Shown piece after piece: positions 46,874-56,879 of a stretch of DNA of 64,000 nt. The notes below the pieces were generated by a model. The model made no database searches, was not told the origin of the DNA, and worked only from the letters and a program-made list of their open reading frames with translations. The stretch comes from Deltaproteobacteria bacterium GWA2_38_16 (GTDB lineage: Bacteria > Bdellovibrionota > JACOXK01 > 2-02-FULL-40-11). Position numbers and translations under genes: made by a program. Each line of letters starts with the position of its first letter. The stretch's first letter is position 1. The DNA is taken from assembly GCA_001797335.1 (NCBI GenBank), contig MGPE01000002.1, positions 264,538 to 328,537 of the forward strand, read 5' to 3'.

Positions 46874-48037
46874 ATGCAAACTCAAAGAATTTTAATATTT
46901 ACGAGCATTTTCCCACCAGACATTGGTGGACCGGCCACGTTTGTGAATGAATTCTCCAAGCGCCTCATCCATTTTGGAGGAAAGGTTCAAATATTAACTT
47001 TTTCTAATATAAAGACTTTTCATTTTCAAACTTTTGTAAAAGAAAGAGTAACTATACACAAAATTCCTTTTCGCAATCACATTATATTAAGATCATTATA
47101 CGCTTTGTACTTTCTGATCACCCATAAAAATGAGTACACTCTTATATACGCGCATGGATCTGTCTGGGATACTGGATTACCTGCGCTTATTGCCACAAAA
47201 ACACTTAGAAAAAAACTTGTTATAAAGGTTACAGGAGACAATGCATGGGAGCGATCTTTTCAAAAGAAGAACTTTAACCTCTCTCTTGAAGAATTTTATG
47301 TATCCAAGACACCCTTAAAAATAAAAATTTTTAAATTTCTCCAACGTTTTATTAGTAATCATTGCGATAAAATTATTGTTCCGAGCACATACTGTAAGAC
47401 ATTAGTGGAAAAATGGAACCCGAGTAATTCTAAAAAAATAGCAATCATTTATAACGCTGTTTCTTTAGACAACCCTCCATATTCTAAAGACAAAATTCGT
47501 GAGATTCTGGAACTTAATCCAAAAAGTTTTATTTTACTCTCAATTACGCGCCTAGTACTACATAAAGGCATACAGGAAATGATTGAAATTATGGATAAGC
47601 TTATTACTAAAATCCCACAGGCTGAGCTTCTTATTATTGGATCTGGCCCCGTAAAAATACCTCCTCGCCCCCATGTAAAACACATGGAAGCCATAGAAAA
47701 TTCTAAATGTCACTTGTTCTATAAAGCCAGCGATATTTTCATCTTAAATTCAAAATATGAAGGATTATCGCATGTAATTTTAGAAGCGATGAGCCATGGC
47801 CTTCCCTGTGTTGTTTCTAATGTTGGGGGAAACGCTGAAGTTATTCTCTCAGGCAAAAACGGATTTCTATTCAAACACAATGATTATGATGATTGTATAA
47901 ATAAAATTACAACTTTATATAATAATTCAGATTTGTATAAGAATACCTCTAAACTGGCACTAGAGAGAGCTAAAAATTTTAGTTGGCAACACTGTCTTGC
48001 TCGACATAGAAATATTTTTTCAGAACTTTCCCCATGA
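46874..48037 (+). CDS. glycosyltransferase family 1 (GT4-type)
   Basis: EGLSHVILEAMSHGLPCVVSNVGGNAEVI E-x7-E motif; N-terminal sugar-acceptor domain. Confidence 0.8.
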   Translation: MQTQRILIFTSIFPPDIGGPATFVNEFSKRLIHFGGKVQILTFSNIKTFHFQTFVKERVTIHKIPFRNHIILRSLYALYFLITHKNEYTLIYAHGSVWDTGLPALIATKTLRKKLVIKVTGDNAWERSFQKKNFNLSLEEFYVSKTPLKIKIFKFLQRFISNHCDKIIVPSTYCKTLVEKWNPSNSKKIAIIYNAVSLDNPPYSKDKIREILELNPKSFILLSITRLVLHKGIQEMIEIMDKLITKIPQAELLIIGSGPVKIPPRPHVKHMEAIENSKCHLFYKASDIFILNSKYEGLSHVILEAMSHGLPCVVSNVGGNAEVILSGKNGFLFKHNDYDDCINKITTLYNNSDLYKNTSKLALERAKNFSWQHCLARHRNIFSELSP

Positions 48038-49218
48038 AAGCTCTCAATAACAAAAAACTAATTCTAGGTATTCTCATTTCAGCAACCTTACTTAGAGTCT
48101 TATTTTTGATTTTAAAAAATTATTATTTCAACCTGGACTACACAGAAGATGAGCTAAACTATGCCATAGGAGGCCAGCATCTAATAGATCATTGGCTTCA
48201 TAATAAAAATATCGATTTTTTTGAATTTAAGAGTATAGATAAAGGATTTTATTATTTAAATAGTATTTTAGAAATAATCGTCGGGAATAACATCACTGCA
48301 TTGCAAACTATTAGCATCTTCTCTTGGACTCTAGGAAGTTATATTTTATTTAAACTGGTTAAATTAATATTTTCTAATCGAGAAGCACTGCTTACTTTAG
48401 CGGGATGCTCTTATGCACCTTTTTTAATTTATACTTCCACATTAAATACCAAAGAATCTGTCTTATATTTAATATTAAACAGCACTCTATTTTTTTTAGC
48501 TCTTTTATTAAAAAAATATTTTCAGCCACTGTATTTAGTAGGATTAATATCTTGCTTAGCATGTCTTTTATTTTTTCGCCTATACATGGGCCTAATTATT
48601 ATTACAATTTGCTATATAACTTTTTTTATATACGTCATTTATAATCCAATAAACAAAAAATATCTTTATATAACGGCCTTGATCCTCATTGCCCTCTTTA
48701 GCGCCATTCCTATACATGAATACTTAATTTTTAGGATAGGAGATAAAATTATTTTAAGCACTTTGTGTCAATCTGTGAATACTGCCTTGCAGAGTAGCTG
48801 CACAGGAAAGCACATCTTATATGCCAATGTTGACATAAAAACATTAGGAGCTTTTTTATCTTTCCTCCCCAAATCACTCATGATGTTTTTTGCAGCCCCC
48901 TTACCATATATTTTTTCTAAACCATTAAGTATGTTTGAAAAACTTATTCTGATAGAAGTCATACCACTGCTCATCTTAAGTTTATATATATCGAAAGGAG
49001 TTTATTTATCTCTTAAAGAACAAAATTTTAACGGAAAATTACTGATTCTTACCATAGCCCTTTTCACAACCATATTTACAATTATATTTTCTACTATAAA
49101 TTGCAATCTAGGGACTCTGTATCGGCATAAAAGTTCACTATACCCATTTTATTTTATGTTTATTGCATATGGAATTCGAAAAAAGCATCACACTCTCAAC
49201 AAAAATCATTCAACTTGA
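48034..49218 (+). CDS. polytopic membrane protein, Wzy-like polymerase / O-antigen ligase-like candidate
   Basis: 394 aa, ~10-11 TM with one larger loop; overlaps the upstream GT stop (ATGA); location within a Wzx-containing glycan locus. No diagnostic motif. Confidence 0.35.
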   Translation: MKALNNKKLILGILISATLLRVLFLILKNYYFNLDYTEDELNYAIGGQHLIDHWLHNKNIDFFEFKSIDKGFYYLNSILEIIVGNNITALQTISIFSWTLGSYILFKLVKLIFSNREALLTLAGCSYAPFLIYTSTLNTKESVLYLILNSTLFFLALLLKKYFQPLYLVGLISCLACLLFFRLYMGLIIITICYITFFIYVIYNPINKKYLYITALILIALFSAIPIHEYLIFRIGDKIILSTLCQSVNTALQSSCTGKHILYANVDIKTLGAFLSFLPKSLMMFFAAPLPYIFSKPLSMFEKLILIEVIPLLILSLYISKGVYLSLKEQNFNGKLLILTIALFTTIFTIIFSTINCNLGTLYRHKSSLYPFYFMFIAYGIRKKHHTLNKNHST

Positions 49219-49236
49219 TACTACCATAATCATATT

Positions 49237-50397
49237 TCACTGATTACTGTTTACAAATTCAATAATATTATTTACCCGAGTCTTCCAGATATATTGCTTA
49301 GCTGTAAGTTTTGAATAATATTTTAATGTTTCCGCCAAATCTTTATTTTCAGAAATATTTGTAATTGCCCTTGCAATAGCGAGAGAATTATTTGGTTCAA
49401 CTAAAATTGCATTCTTCCCATGCGTTAGAATTTCTGCAATAAATGGTAAATTTGGAGCAACCATTGGCTTCCCAGCAGCTAAATATTCAAATATTTTTAA
49501 TGGAGATCTTGGCACATGATTACCGTTCTTATCATAACAAACAACTAATATATCGGCTAATCTTAAAAACTTCTGCGTATTAATATAATCTGTATACCCC
49601 ATAAAAAGAACTCTATGATAGACATTAAGCTGCTTAACTAAGTGCTTAAATTGGATTATTTGAGAAGCTGTACCCCCTAAAATATATAATACATAGCGTT
49701 GATTTAAATATTTAAAAGATTCGATAATAAATTCTATTCCCCTATCTTTTGATACGCTGCCTGCATATAAAACATTAATTTTTTGATGATCGATATCAAC
49801 GCATTGGACTGCACGGTTTGTTTTATAATTTAAAAAATCCACTTCACTGGCCCCACTAGATGCAACGAGAATTTTATGCTCAAAAATGTTACCATTGTTG
49901 ATGAGCGCTTCTTTTATAGTTTTATTTAAAACAATGATTTTTGATGCTCGCCTTAAAAGAATTTTATAAAAAAACATGAAAGATTCAGGTAATCTATGCA
50001 CTTCATAAATTATTTTTGACTTTGTCAATGAAAACAAAAAAGCAAGATCTTCCTGCCTTACAAATATCCACCCTCTTTTTTTGAAGCTTAAGTAAATAAG
50101 TGCAGTCAGCCAAAAAAATAAAGTATTAACCCTTGAAAAATTTAAAAACGATAAATATTTAAACCTATAAAAAATAAAGAAATCAATTGTGGGTAATCTT
50201 TTAATTTTAAATTTCTCAACTCCAAAATACGAAAAAACATCTTTAACTGCTGCCATTCTACTTGTTTGAAATCTGAAAGGAACAATCAATTCAATTTCGA
50301 TACCTTGTTTTTTAAATGCAGAACACATATTTACGATTTGAACACAATGGGCCCTTTCTGAAGGTATTCTGACATTGACTAAGTAGTATAATATCAT
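49237..50397 (-). CDS. glycosyltransferase family 1 (GT4-type)
   Basis: C-terminal FEYLAAGKPMVAPNLPFIAEIL motif and GT-B two-domain length (386 aa). Confidence 0.7.
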   Translation of the reverse strand: MILYYLVNVRIPSERAHCVQIVNMCSAFKKQGIEIELIVPFRFQTSRMAAVKDVFSYFGVEKFKIKRLPTIDFFIFYRFKYLSFLNFSRVNTLFFWLTALIYLSFKKRGWIFVRQEDLAFLFSLTKSKIIYEVHRLPESFMFFYKILLRRASKIIVLNKTIKEALINNGNIFEHKILVASSGASEVDFLNYKTNRAVQCVDIDHQKINVLYAGSVSKDRGIEFIIESFKYLNQRYVLYILGGTASQIIQFKHLVKQLNVYHRVLFMGYTDYINTQKFLRLADILVVCYDKNGNHVPRSPLKIFEYLAAGKPMVAPNLPFIAEILTHGKNAILVEPNNSLAIARAITNISENKDLAETLKYYSKLTAKQYIWKTRVNNIIEFVNSNQ

Positions 50398-50565
50398 ATG
50401 ATACGATTAATAATTTTCAATTGATCCTATTAATCACCGGCAAATGAATATTCTTCCTTGCCTCTTTTTTTGATATATTTAGAATTAATCAACTTTTCCA
50501 TAACAAGACGATTTTGTCATATTATATTTGAATATCAATGCCAAATTCGTGTATCTTAAAAAAAT

Positions 50566-51162
50566 ATGACATATGATTATAAATGTTTTTTTGAAAATAA
50601 GATCAAGGAAATTGCTAAAGAAGATTATATTATGGATATGGGAGGAGCAGGAGCTTTTCAAAAAGGGATGCTCAAATACAAAAGTTTATTTATTGGAAGA
50701 AAGTATCAAACCTTAGATAGAGCTTCTGAATATAATCCAAATATTGTGGGAGATATTCAGCATTTGCCAATAAAGAATAATAAGGTAAACGCTATTATTT
50801 GTAATTCAGTACTAGAACATTTGCATAGCCCTCATCAAGCTGTTAATGAAATATATAGAGTTCTTATAAAGAGAGGAAAGTTTTTAGGATATACTCATTT
50901 TGTTTATCCTTATCACGCACGGCATAATATCTATGGCGATTATTATCGTTTTACAGAAGAAGCCTTGAAGTATTTATTTAAAAGATTTGAACATATTGAA
51001 ATTAAGAAACAAGGAGGCATTTTTAGAGCTTTGATGTTCTTTTCGCCATGGCAAAATAAAACACGATTTATCTGGGAACCCATGACGTATATTTTAGATA
51101 AATTATTTAAGACCGAGCGTAGGACAACCACTGCGGGTTATTATATTTATGCTATCAAATAA
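50566..51162 (+). CDS. class I SAM-dependent methyltransferase (Methyltransf_11-like)
   Basis: DMGGAGAF (motif I variant), AIICNSVLEHLHSPHQAVNEIYRVLIKRGKF (motif II/III). Confidence 0.55.
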   Translation: MTYDYKCFFENKIKEIAKEDYIMDMGGAGAFQKGMLKYKSLFIGRKYQTLDRASEYNPNIVGDIQHLPIKNNKVNAIICNSVLEHLHSPHQAVNEIYRVLIKRGKFLGYTHFVYPYHARHNIYGDYYRFTEEALKYLFKRFEHIEIKKQGGIFRALMFFSPWQNKTRFIWEPMTYILDKLFKTERRTTTAGYYIYAIK

Positions 51163-51176
51163 ATGGCTTATCTTGT

Positions 51177-52220
51177 TTAAATGAAATTAGAACATACTTT
51201 GCAAAGTGAATGTTTCTTCTCGTTAGCCAACTCTCTTACTTTTTTAACATCAGAATTAAACCAAATGTCATCGAATTTTTCCGCTAAAATGTTTCCATAA
51301 ATATAATTTCCATTTAAATCATAACAACACATGGAAATTTTACAATCTACCAAAACAACAAATTGTGATTCAGCCAAAGAACATTTTGAAGGAGGATTAT
51401 TAATTATAAGTTTATGGTTTTCCTGTTTATATCTAATTTTGTCTTTATATTCCTTACCATCCGGGAAAAAAATATCGGCTAATTTTTTAATTTCGTCTTT
51501 TGAATAAACATGCTCACAAAGAGCCAGGGATTTAATATGCAAACAATCTACTTTTAAGCAGTCACTTAATTTTTTTATTCCCCTTATTTCATTTTGATTG
51601 AGCTTATTAAGAATCACTTGTAATTTAATGAATGGTTTTTTTAGCTTTAATCTCTGTTTTTGTTTGCAAAAATATCCTATATTTCTCATAACCTCAAAAA
51701 AATCAGCTTTTTTTCTAAAAGACGAAAAAGATTCTTGCGTAATACCATCTAAACATAAAATAATTTCATCTAGCCCAGAGAACAACAGTTCATCTGCAAT
51801 TTTTTGATCTAACAAGGTTGCATTGGTGCTAATTATAGAATATAAATTTTTCTGATGAACATAATTTATCATTTTGCAAATGTCTGGATGTATCAAAGGC
51901 TCACCAGTGTAATATAAATAAACTACATGTATTGAATTTTTGATGCTATCAATCGTTAATATGAAATTAGAAAAACTCATTAATTCTTTTTTTCTAAGTA
52001 TTTTCTGTCTGGGGGTTGGGCACGTTGGGCATTGCAAATTACACGTATTCCCTATTTCAATCATAGCTGAATAAGGGTAATTAAAAAATTTGAACCTCAA
52101 GATTGAAATTAGAAAATGCCATGGTTTAAAAAAATCACCTATTAAAATAGGTATTAAAATATGACGCTTAAAAACTAAGTAAAAATGCTTCATCTGATTA
52201 ATACTGACCTGCCTCGACAA
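51177..52220 (-). CDS. radical SAM enzyme with C-terminal SPASM/twitch-like Cys-rich domain
   Basis: IEIGNTCNLQCPTCP (CxxxCxxC) radical-SAM cluster motif; C-terminal CSLAESQFVVLVDCKISMCCYD...CKVCSNF auxiliary-cluster cysteines. Probable true start at internal Met (MIEIGN...) ~52064. Confidence 0.6.
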   Translation of the reverse strand: MSRQVSINQMKHFYLVFKRHILIPILIGDFFKPWHFLISILRFKFFNYPYSAMIEIGNTCNLQCPTCPTPRQKILRKKELMSFSNFILTIDSIKNSIHVVYLYYTGEPLIHPDICKMINYVHQKNLYSIISTNATLLDQKIADELLFSGLDEIILCLDGITQESFSSFRKKADFFEVMRNIGYFCKQKQRLKLKKPFIKLQVILNKLNQNEIRGIKKLSDCLKVDCLHIKSLALCEHVYSKDEIKKLADIFFPDGKEYKDKIRYKQENHKLIINNPPSKCSLAESQFVVLVDCKISMCCYDLNGNYIYGNILAEKFDDIWFNSDVKKVRELANEKKHSLCKVCSNFI

Positions 52221-52443
52221 ATCATTAGAATACCCTATAATATTTTTATATTAAACTCACTAATAATTTCTCTTATCATACCTTCATCCAAGCGCCGTTC
52301 TAAAGTGACAGGCTTAAAAACAATAAGTGACTTGCTTAGCAAAAAAATATATTAAGACTCAATAAATAATAATTTCATAAATTATAAAGGCATGCTATGT
52401 ATTAAAGATATCTACACGTTGTTTAAAGGCAGACATCAAAATA

Positions 52444-53676
52444 ATGCCATTACATTTTTCATACTGGATTAAAAATGGAAGCGTACTAATTTCTCAACGT
52501 TTTATATCTACTATTCTATATGCAATTACTTCTCTCGTCTTTGCAAATTTTTTATCAAAAGAAGATTTTGGAACGTATAAGTACATTTTTGCTATCATAG
52601 GCATATTAAATGTTTTAACCTTGCCAGACATAGGCACTGCTTTAATTCAATCTATCGCCCGTAACCAAACCCCACCCCTAGGTATAATATTTGAAAAAAA
52701 ATTAAAGAGGTCTTTATTGGCATCTATAGCTTGTATTTTTTTATCAGGATTTTTTTTACTGAAAAATAATTCTATCTTGGGCATTTCCTTTCTAATTTTA
52801 ACTTTTTTTCTGCCTCTATACAATGCATTCTCAATTTATGATGCCCTTCTGCAGGGGAAAAAATTATTTATTCGCTCTTACCGATATTCTTTGTTCGTAG
52901 AATTCACTTGCAATATTATTCTAATATTAACAGTAATTTTAAGTCATAAAATTCCAATCATTCTACTCGTATTTTTTGCATCATATACAGTGCTTAGGGC
53001 TATCTTTTTTATTAAAACTTTAAAAGAATTTCCTACCAATAACACCGATGGAAATGAAGTCATCAATTATGGAAAGCATCTCAATATCATGCGCATATTA
53101 GCAACCGTCTCATCTTATGCCGACGAAATAATAACTTTTCATTTTTTAGGAGCTCCCTCATTGGCTATTTACGCAATCGTCACCGCCATTCCAGAACAAA
53201 TAAAAAGCATTCTAGGCACATTGTATACTTTGGCATTCCCAAAATTTTCAGAAGCACAAGAAATAGATATTAGAAAAAATATGAAAACCATAACACTGTT
53301 TTTTTTCTTGATTGGTATTTTTTTTATTGGATTATATATATTGACGGCCCCTTATATTTTTAAAGTTTTCTTCTCTAATTATATGGATATTGTTTTCTTA
53401 TCTCAACTCTTTGCGATTTCCATGTTAAATATTGCATTCACCCCAGTGGAGCTTTTTTTAAAATCTAAGAAAAAAGTTAAAGAATTATATTTGATAAACA
53501 TTATAACTTCCATCTTTCAAATATTTACAATTACATTATTTATTATTTATTACGGCTTGATAGGGCTCGTCATTTCAAGGATTATGTGCCGTTTTTTATC
53601 TGGCATCCTATGCTATTATTTTTATCAAAAAACTCGCCATCATGAAATCACAGTATTTTCAGAAGCATTAACATAA
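52444..53676 (+). CDS. Wzx-type polysaccharide flippase (MOP/oligosaccharide flippase family)
   Basis: 410 aa, ~12 TM in two repeated halves, typical Wzx length and composition, in a GT-rich locus. Confidence 0.55.
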   Translation: MPLHFSYWIKNGSVLISQRFISTILYAITSLVFANFLSKEDFGTYKYIFAIIGILNVLTLPDIGTALIQSIARNQTPPLGIIFEKKLKRSLLASIACIFLSGFFLLKNNSILGISFLILTFFLPLYNAFSIYDALLQGKKLFIRSYRYSLFVEFTCNIILILTVILSHKIPIILLVFFASYTVLRAIFFIKTLKEFPTNNTDGNEVINYGKHLNIMRILATVSSYADEIITFHFLGAPSLAIYAIVTAIPEQIKSILGTLYTLAFPKFSEAQEIDIRKNMKTITLFFFLIGIFFIGLYILTAPYIFKVFFSNYMDIVFLSQLFAISMLNIAFTPVELFLKSKKKVKELYLINIITSIFQIFTITLFIIYYGLIGLVISRIMCRFLSGILCYYFYQKTRHHEITVFSEALT

Positions 53677-53678
53677 AT

Positions 53679-54395
53679 TTATTTTTTAATGCACTTTATA
53701 CTGATCTGAGTATAGGCGTCTCGCTTAGTTCTCTTCGTACTATCAGTCAAAAATGGATTATAGCCAAACCAAAGAGTTAATATATTAATTAACCATTTAA
53801 ACCATGCCACATGATAAGTATACAAACTGTACCACATAATATGATGGGTCTCCTTAACTTCAATATTATCAAACTCTTCTTTAAGTAAAGCAACCAATTC
53901 TGAAGGATAAAACTCTTTGATGTGGAATAGGCCCGGTTTTTCAGTTATTTTATACGGGGTCGTAATTATAAAAATGCCTTTGGATTTTAAAATTCTACAT
54001 GCTTCACATATTAATTTTTGAGCATCATTAACATGTTCAATAATTTCTGACGCAATCGCAATATCAAAAAAATTTGTTCCTAGAGATGTGCAAGCCGCAT
54101 CTCTAATTAAAAAATTTCCTTTGATTCTCTTTTTAAAAAAATTTTCCTTGGCCAGATGAATTCCCAACTTGCAATCATCAATGCCAGTTACCTCCGCCTC
54201 CTTCTTAGCTAAAAGATAACTAAGAGCTCCATCTCCGCAACCAAAATCAACAAGCTGCTTACCTTTTATGTCCCCAAGCCAGACCAACACAATTTCATAA
54301 CGCGCCTGCTGATAAGCATTAAATTTATAAATGGACTTCGTCTCCATCTCGTCCCAATGCATACTGCCCTTTTCTTGATATTTTGTAAATTCCAT
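53679..54395 (-). CDS. class I SAM-dependent methyltransferase
   Basis: Motif I LVDFGCGDGALS, acidic GIDD after it, FDIAIASEIIEHV motif II. Confidence 0.7.
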   Translation of the reverse strand: MEFTKYQEKGSMHWDEMETKSIYKFNAYQQARYEIVLVWLGDIKGKQLVDFGCGDGALSYLLAKKEAEVTGIDDCKLGIHLAKENFFKKRIKGNFLIRDAACTSLGTNFFDIAIASEIIEHVNDAQKLICEACRILKSKGIFIITTPYKITEKPGLFHIKEFYPSELVALLKEEFDNIEVKETHHIMWYSLYTYHVAWFKWLINILTLWFGYNPFLTDSTKRTKRDAYTQISIKCIKK

Positions 54396-54571
54396 TTATG
54401 TGTTTTTATTGGTATTCTAATGTTGCCATTTTTCTCCATTTTTTAGCCCAGTGTAACATATTTCCTGGACCGGTTTTAGGGTATCAGTATAAATTTACCT
54501 TCACTGAAAGATATTTTAATCTTGAAATCTCCCACATACCATGCCATATAATCTTAAGAAGGTCGAGACTA

Positions 54572-55657
54572 ATGCTAAAAATCTATACAGATCATCTTCT
54601 AAAAAAATATAGTTGTCTACCTATTTTATATCCCTTCTTGGAAACAAAACATTTTTCTTTTCCATTTAAAGATTCTAATCCATTTTTTTTCTATACAGAA
54701 AAAATTTTCCAAATAACAGAACATCCCGATAAGGCCGATTATCTTTTGCTCCCTCATAATTACAAGGACTTAAAGCATGAAAAAGCATATATCAATTTTT
54801 ATATTCAATTAACATTTAAGTATAACAAAAAACTTCTAATCTTCTTATATGGAGATTCAGATGAAGATGTAAATATCCCCAATTCAATTATATTTAGAGT
54901 GGCTCAATATAAGCATAAAACAAAATACAATGAATGGATAATGCCCCTCTATGCAGATGATTTATCTCGATTCAAAACAATTAATTATAGAATTAAGAAA
55001 GCTAGACCAACGGTGGGATTTTGTGGGTATGCAGATTTCGATAATACGACTAATTATATTAAATACATCCTAAATATTTTTTTACAAGACTTAAAAAAAC
55101 AAATCTTTTTAAACAGAAAATATGAGCCACAAAAACGAGGCCTATTTTTCAGAAGAAAAGCCATAGAAGTATTAAAAAAATCTAAAATAGTTGACAGTAA
55201 AATTATTACCAGAAAGTTCTATTCGGGGAGTAATAAAACTATTAAAAATAATAGTTCCATTGAAACTATTCGCTCAGAATATATAGACATCATTCATAAT
55301 TCTGATTATATTTTAACTACCAAGGGAGATTCAAACATATCAACTACTTTTTTTGAAACCATGAGCTTAGGTAGAATTCCTATCCTTATTAGTACCGACT
55401 GCGTTCTTCCTTTTGAAAAAATCATTAATTATCATGATTGCTCTATTATCATTGACTATCGTAATTTAAAATATTTCGATGAAATACTCTTAAAGCTCCA
55501 CAATGACATCGATAATGACAAATTCATTTGGATGCAAAAAAAAGCAAGAGAGTATTTCGAAAAATTTCTGAGAATAGATGCATTCTACAAGAATACAATC
55601 GAAAATTTAGAACATAACTTACATTACCCACATAGCAGTTTTAAAAATGAGGGTTAA
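54572..55657 (+). CDS. putative glycosyltransferase (exostosin/GT47-like?) or other sugar-modifying enzyme
   Basis: ORF-track frame with start moved to ATG 54572 (MLKIYTDHLL...); C-terminal block TTKGDSNISTTFFETMSLGRIPILISTD resembles exostosin-family motifs; context only. Confidence 0.3.
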   Translation: MLKIYTDHLLKKYSCLPILYPFLETKHFSFPFKDSNPFFFYTEKIFQITEHPDKADYLLLPHNYKDLKHEKAYINFYIQLTFKYNKKLLIFLYGDSDEDVNIPNSIIFRVAQYKHKTKYNEWIMPLYADDLSRFKTINYRIKKARPTVGFCGYADFDNTTNYIKYILNIFLQDLKKQIFLNRKYEPQKRGLFFRRKAIEVLKKSKIVDSKIITRKFYSGSNKTIKNNSSIETIRSEYIDIIHNSDYILTTKGDSNISTTFFETMSLGRIPILISTDCVLPFEKIINYHDCSIIIDYRNLKYFDEILLKLHNDIDNDKFIWMQKKAREYFEKFLRIDAFYKNTIENLEHNLHYPHSSFKNEG

Positions 55658-56654
55658 TTTCATTAAATATACAAGTGGCTAGATCTTTTACTATAATTCT
55701 TGGTTTAAATTTTTCTTCAAATAATCTATAGCCATTACGTGCCATTTCAAAATATAATGTTTGATTAGATTTTAACTTCAAAATTGCTTCTGCTAGCGCT
55801 TTTGGATTGGCCATTTCTACTAAAAAAATATTTTTTCCACCTTCAAAAATTTCGCGAATAGCGCTAGAGTTTCCAGTAACTACAGGGCGCTGCAAGGATA
55901 TTGCTTCAAAAACTTTATTTGGAATTACAAGGTCTGATTTTTTAGTCCCCCCAAAGATTCCAAGACATATATCTGAACTTAAAATATAAGATAATAATAT
56001 TTTATATTCTAGGGGAGGCACAAAAGTAACATTTTTGTTTCTAAGCCATTGACTGTGCTTCTTCATATCAGGAAAAGTTTGTCCACTCCCAATAATATTA
56101 AATTGAATTTCCTCATTTTCTAATAATTTAGCCGCTTCTAAAATATATTGAATCCCATGCAGAGGGATAAAAAAACCATGAAAATGGACTAAAAAAGGCC
56201 CATCTTTTTTAGTACGATTTACTTCTTGGAGATAATAACTTGGTTCCTCTGCTCCCACAAAGACTTTCAAAAATTTTTCTCTTCTTAAGTTAAAGGAATT
56301 AAGAAAATAGCTGATCTGTGCTTCTGTATCTAAAAGTACTACATTGGATAATTTACATGAAAAGTAATCCAATAGCCAATAATAAACCGCCTTAATTGTA
56401 AAAGGTCTTGTTTTTTTACGATCGATAACCGTTGAGAGATAAAGTGAAGTAAAGGCATCAAAGATAATCGGTTTTGATGTCAAAAACCTTAATAAAATTA
56501 CTACCTGATAACCAGGAAATCCAACAATGAACACATCTACATTACGCCTGATATTCAAAAATTGTCTTATAATATCAAAATATTTCCGAAGTCCTAAATA
56601 TCGATTACAATAACATTGAATAACATCAATGCCATACTGAGACAAACCCCTCAT
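55641..56654 (-). CDS. glycosyltransferase family 1 (GT4-type)
   Basis: 337 aa GT-B; FEAISLQRPVVTGNSSAIREIF motif region. Confidence 0.65.
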   Translation of the reverse strand: MRGLSQYGIDVIQCYCNRYLGLRKYFDIIRQFLNIRRNVDVFIVGFPGYQVVILLRFLTSKPIIFDAFTSLYLSTVIDRKKTRPFTIKAVYYWLLDYFSCKLSNVVLLDTEAQISYFLNSFNLRREKFLKVFVGAEEPSYYLQEVNRTKKDGPFLVHFHGFFIPLHGIQYILEAAKLLENEEIQFNIIGSGQTFPDMKKHSQWLRNKNVTFVPPLEYKILLSYILSSDICLGIFGGTKKSDLVIPNKVFEAISLQRPVVTGNSSAIREIFEGGKNIFLVEMANPKALAEAILKLKSNQTLYFEMARNGYRLFEEKFKPRIIVKDLATCIFNEINPHF

Positions 56655-56879
56655 TAAAATCCTACTTCTAGAATAAGTAGGATCAAAGAAACCAAAATAG
56701 CAAATTTTTATGTTTTTAAGATCACTATGAATAAAAAATTCCTTTCTTCTAAAAATAGATTAAATTTTAAACTTATTTGTCCAAAAAGAATCTCGAAAAA
56801 CTTATGCATACCACTTTTTATAACCTTTATGAAAATCTGCCCTAGATAAACTCCAAATGTTCAAGAAGATTGGGCTATT

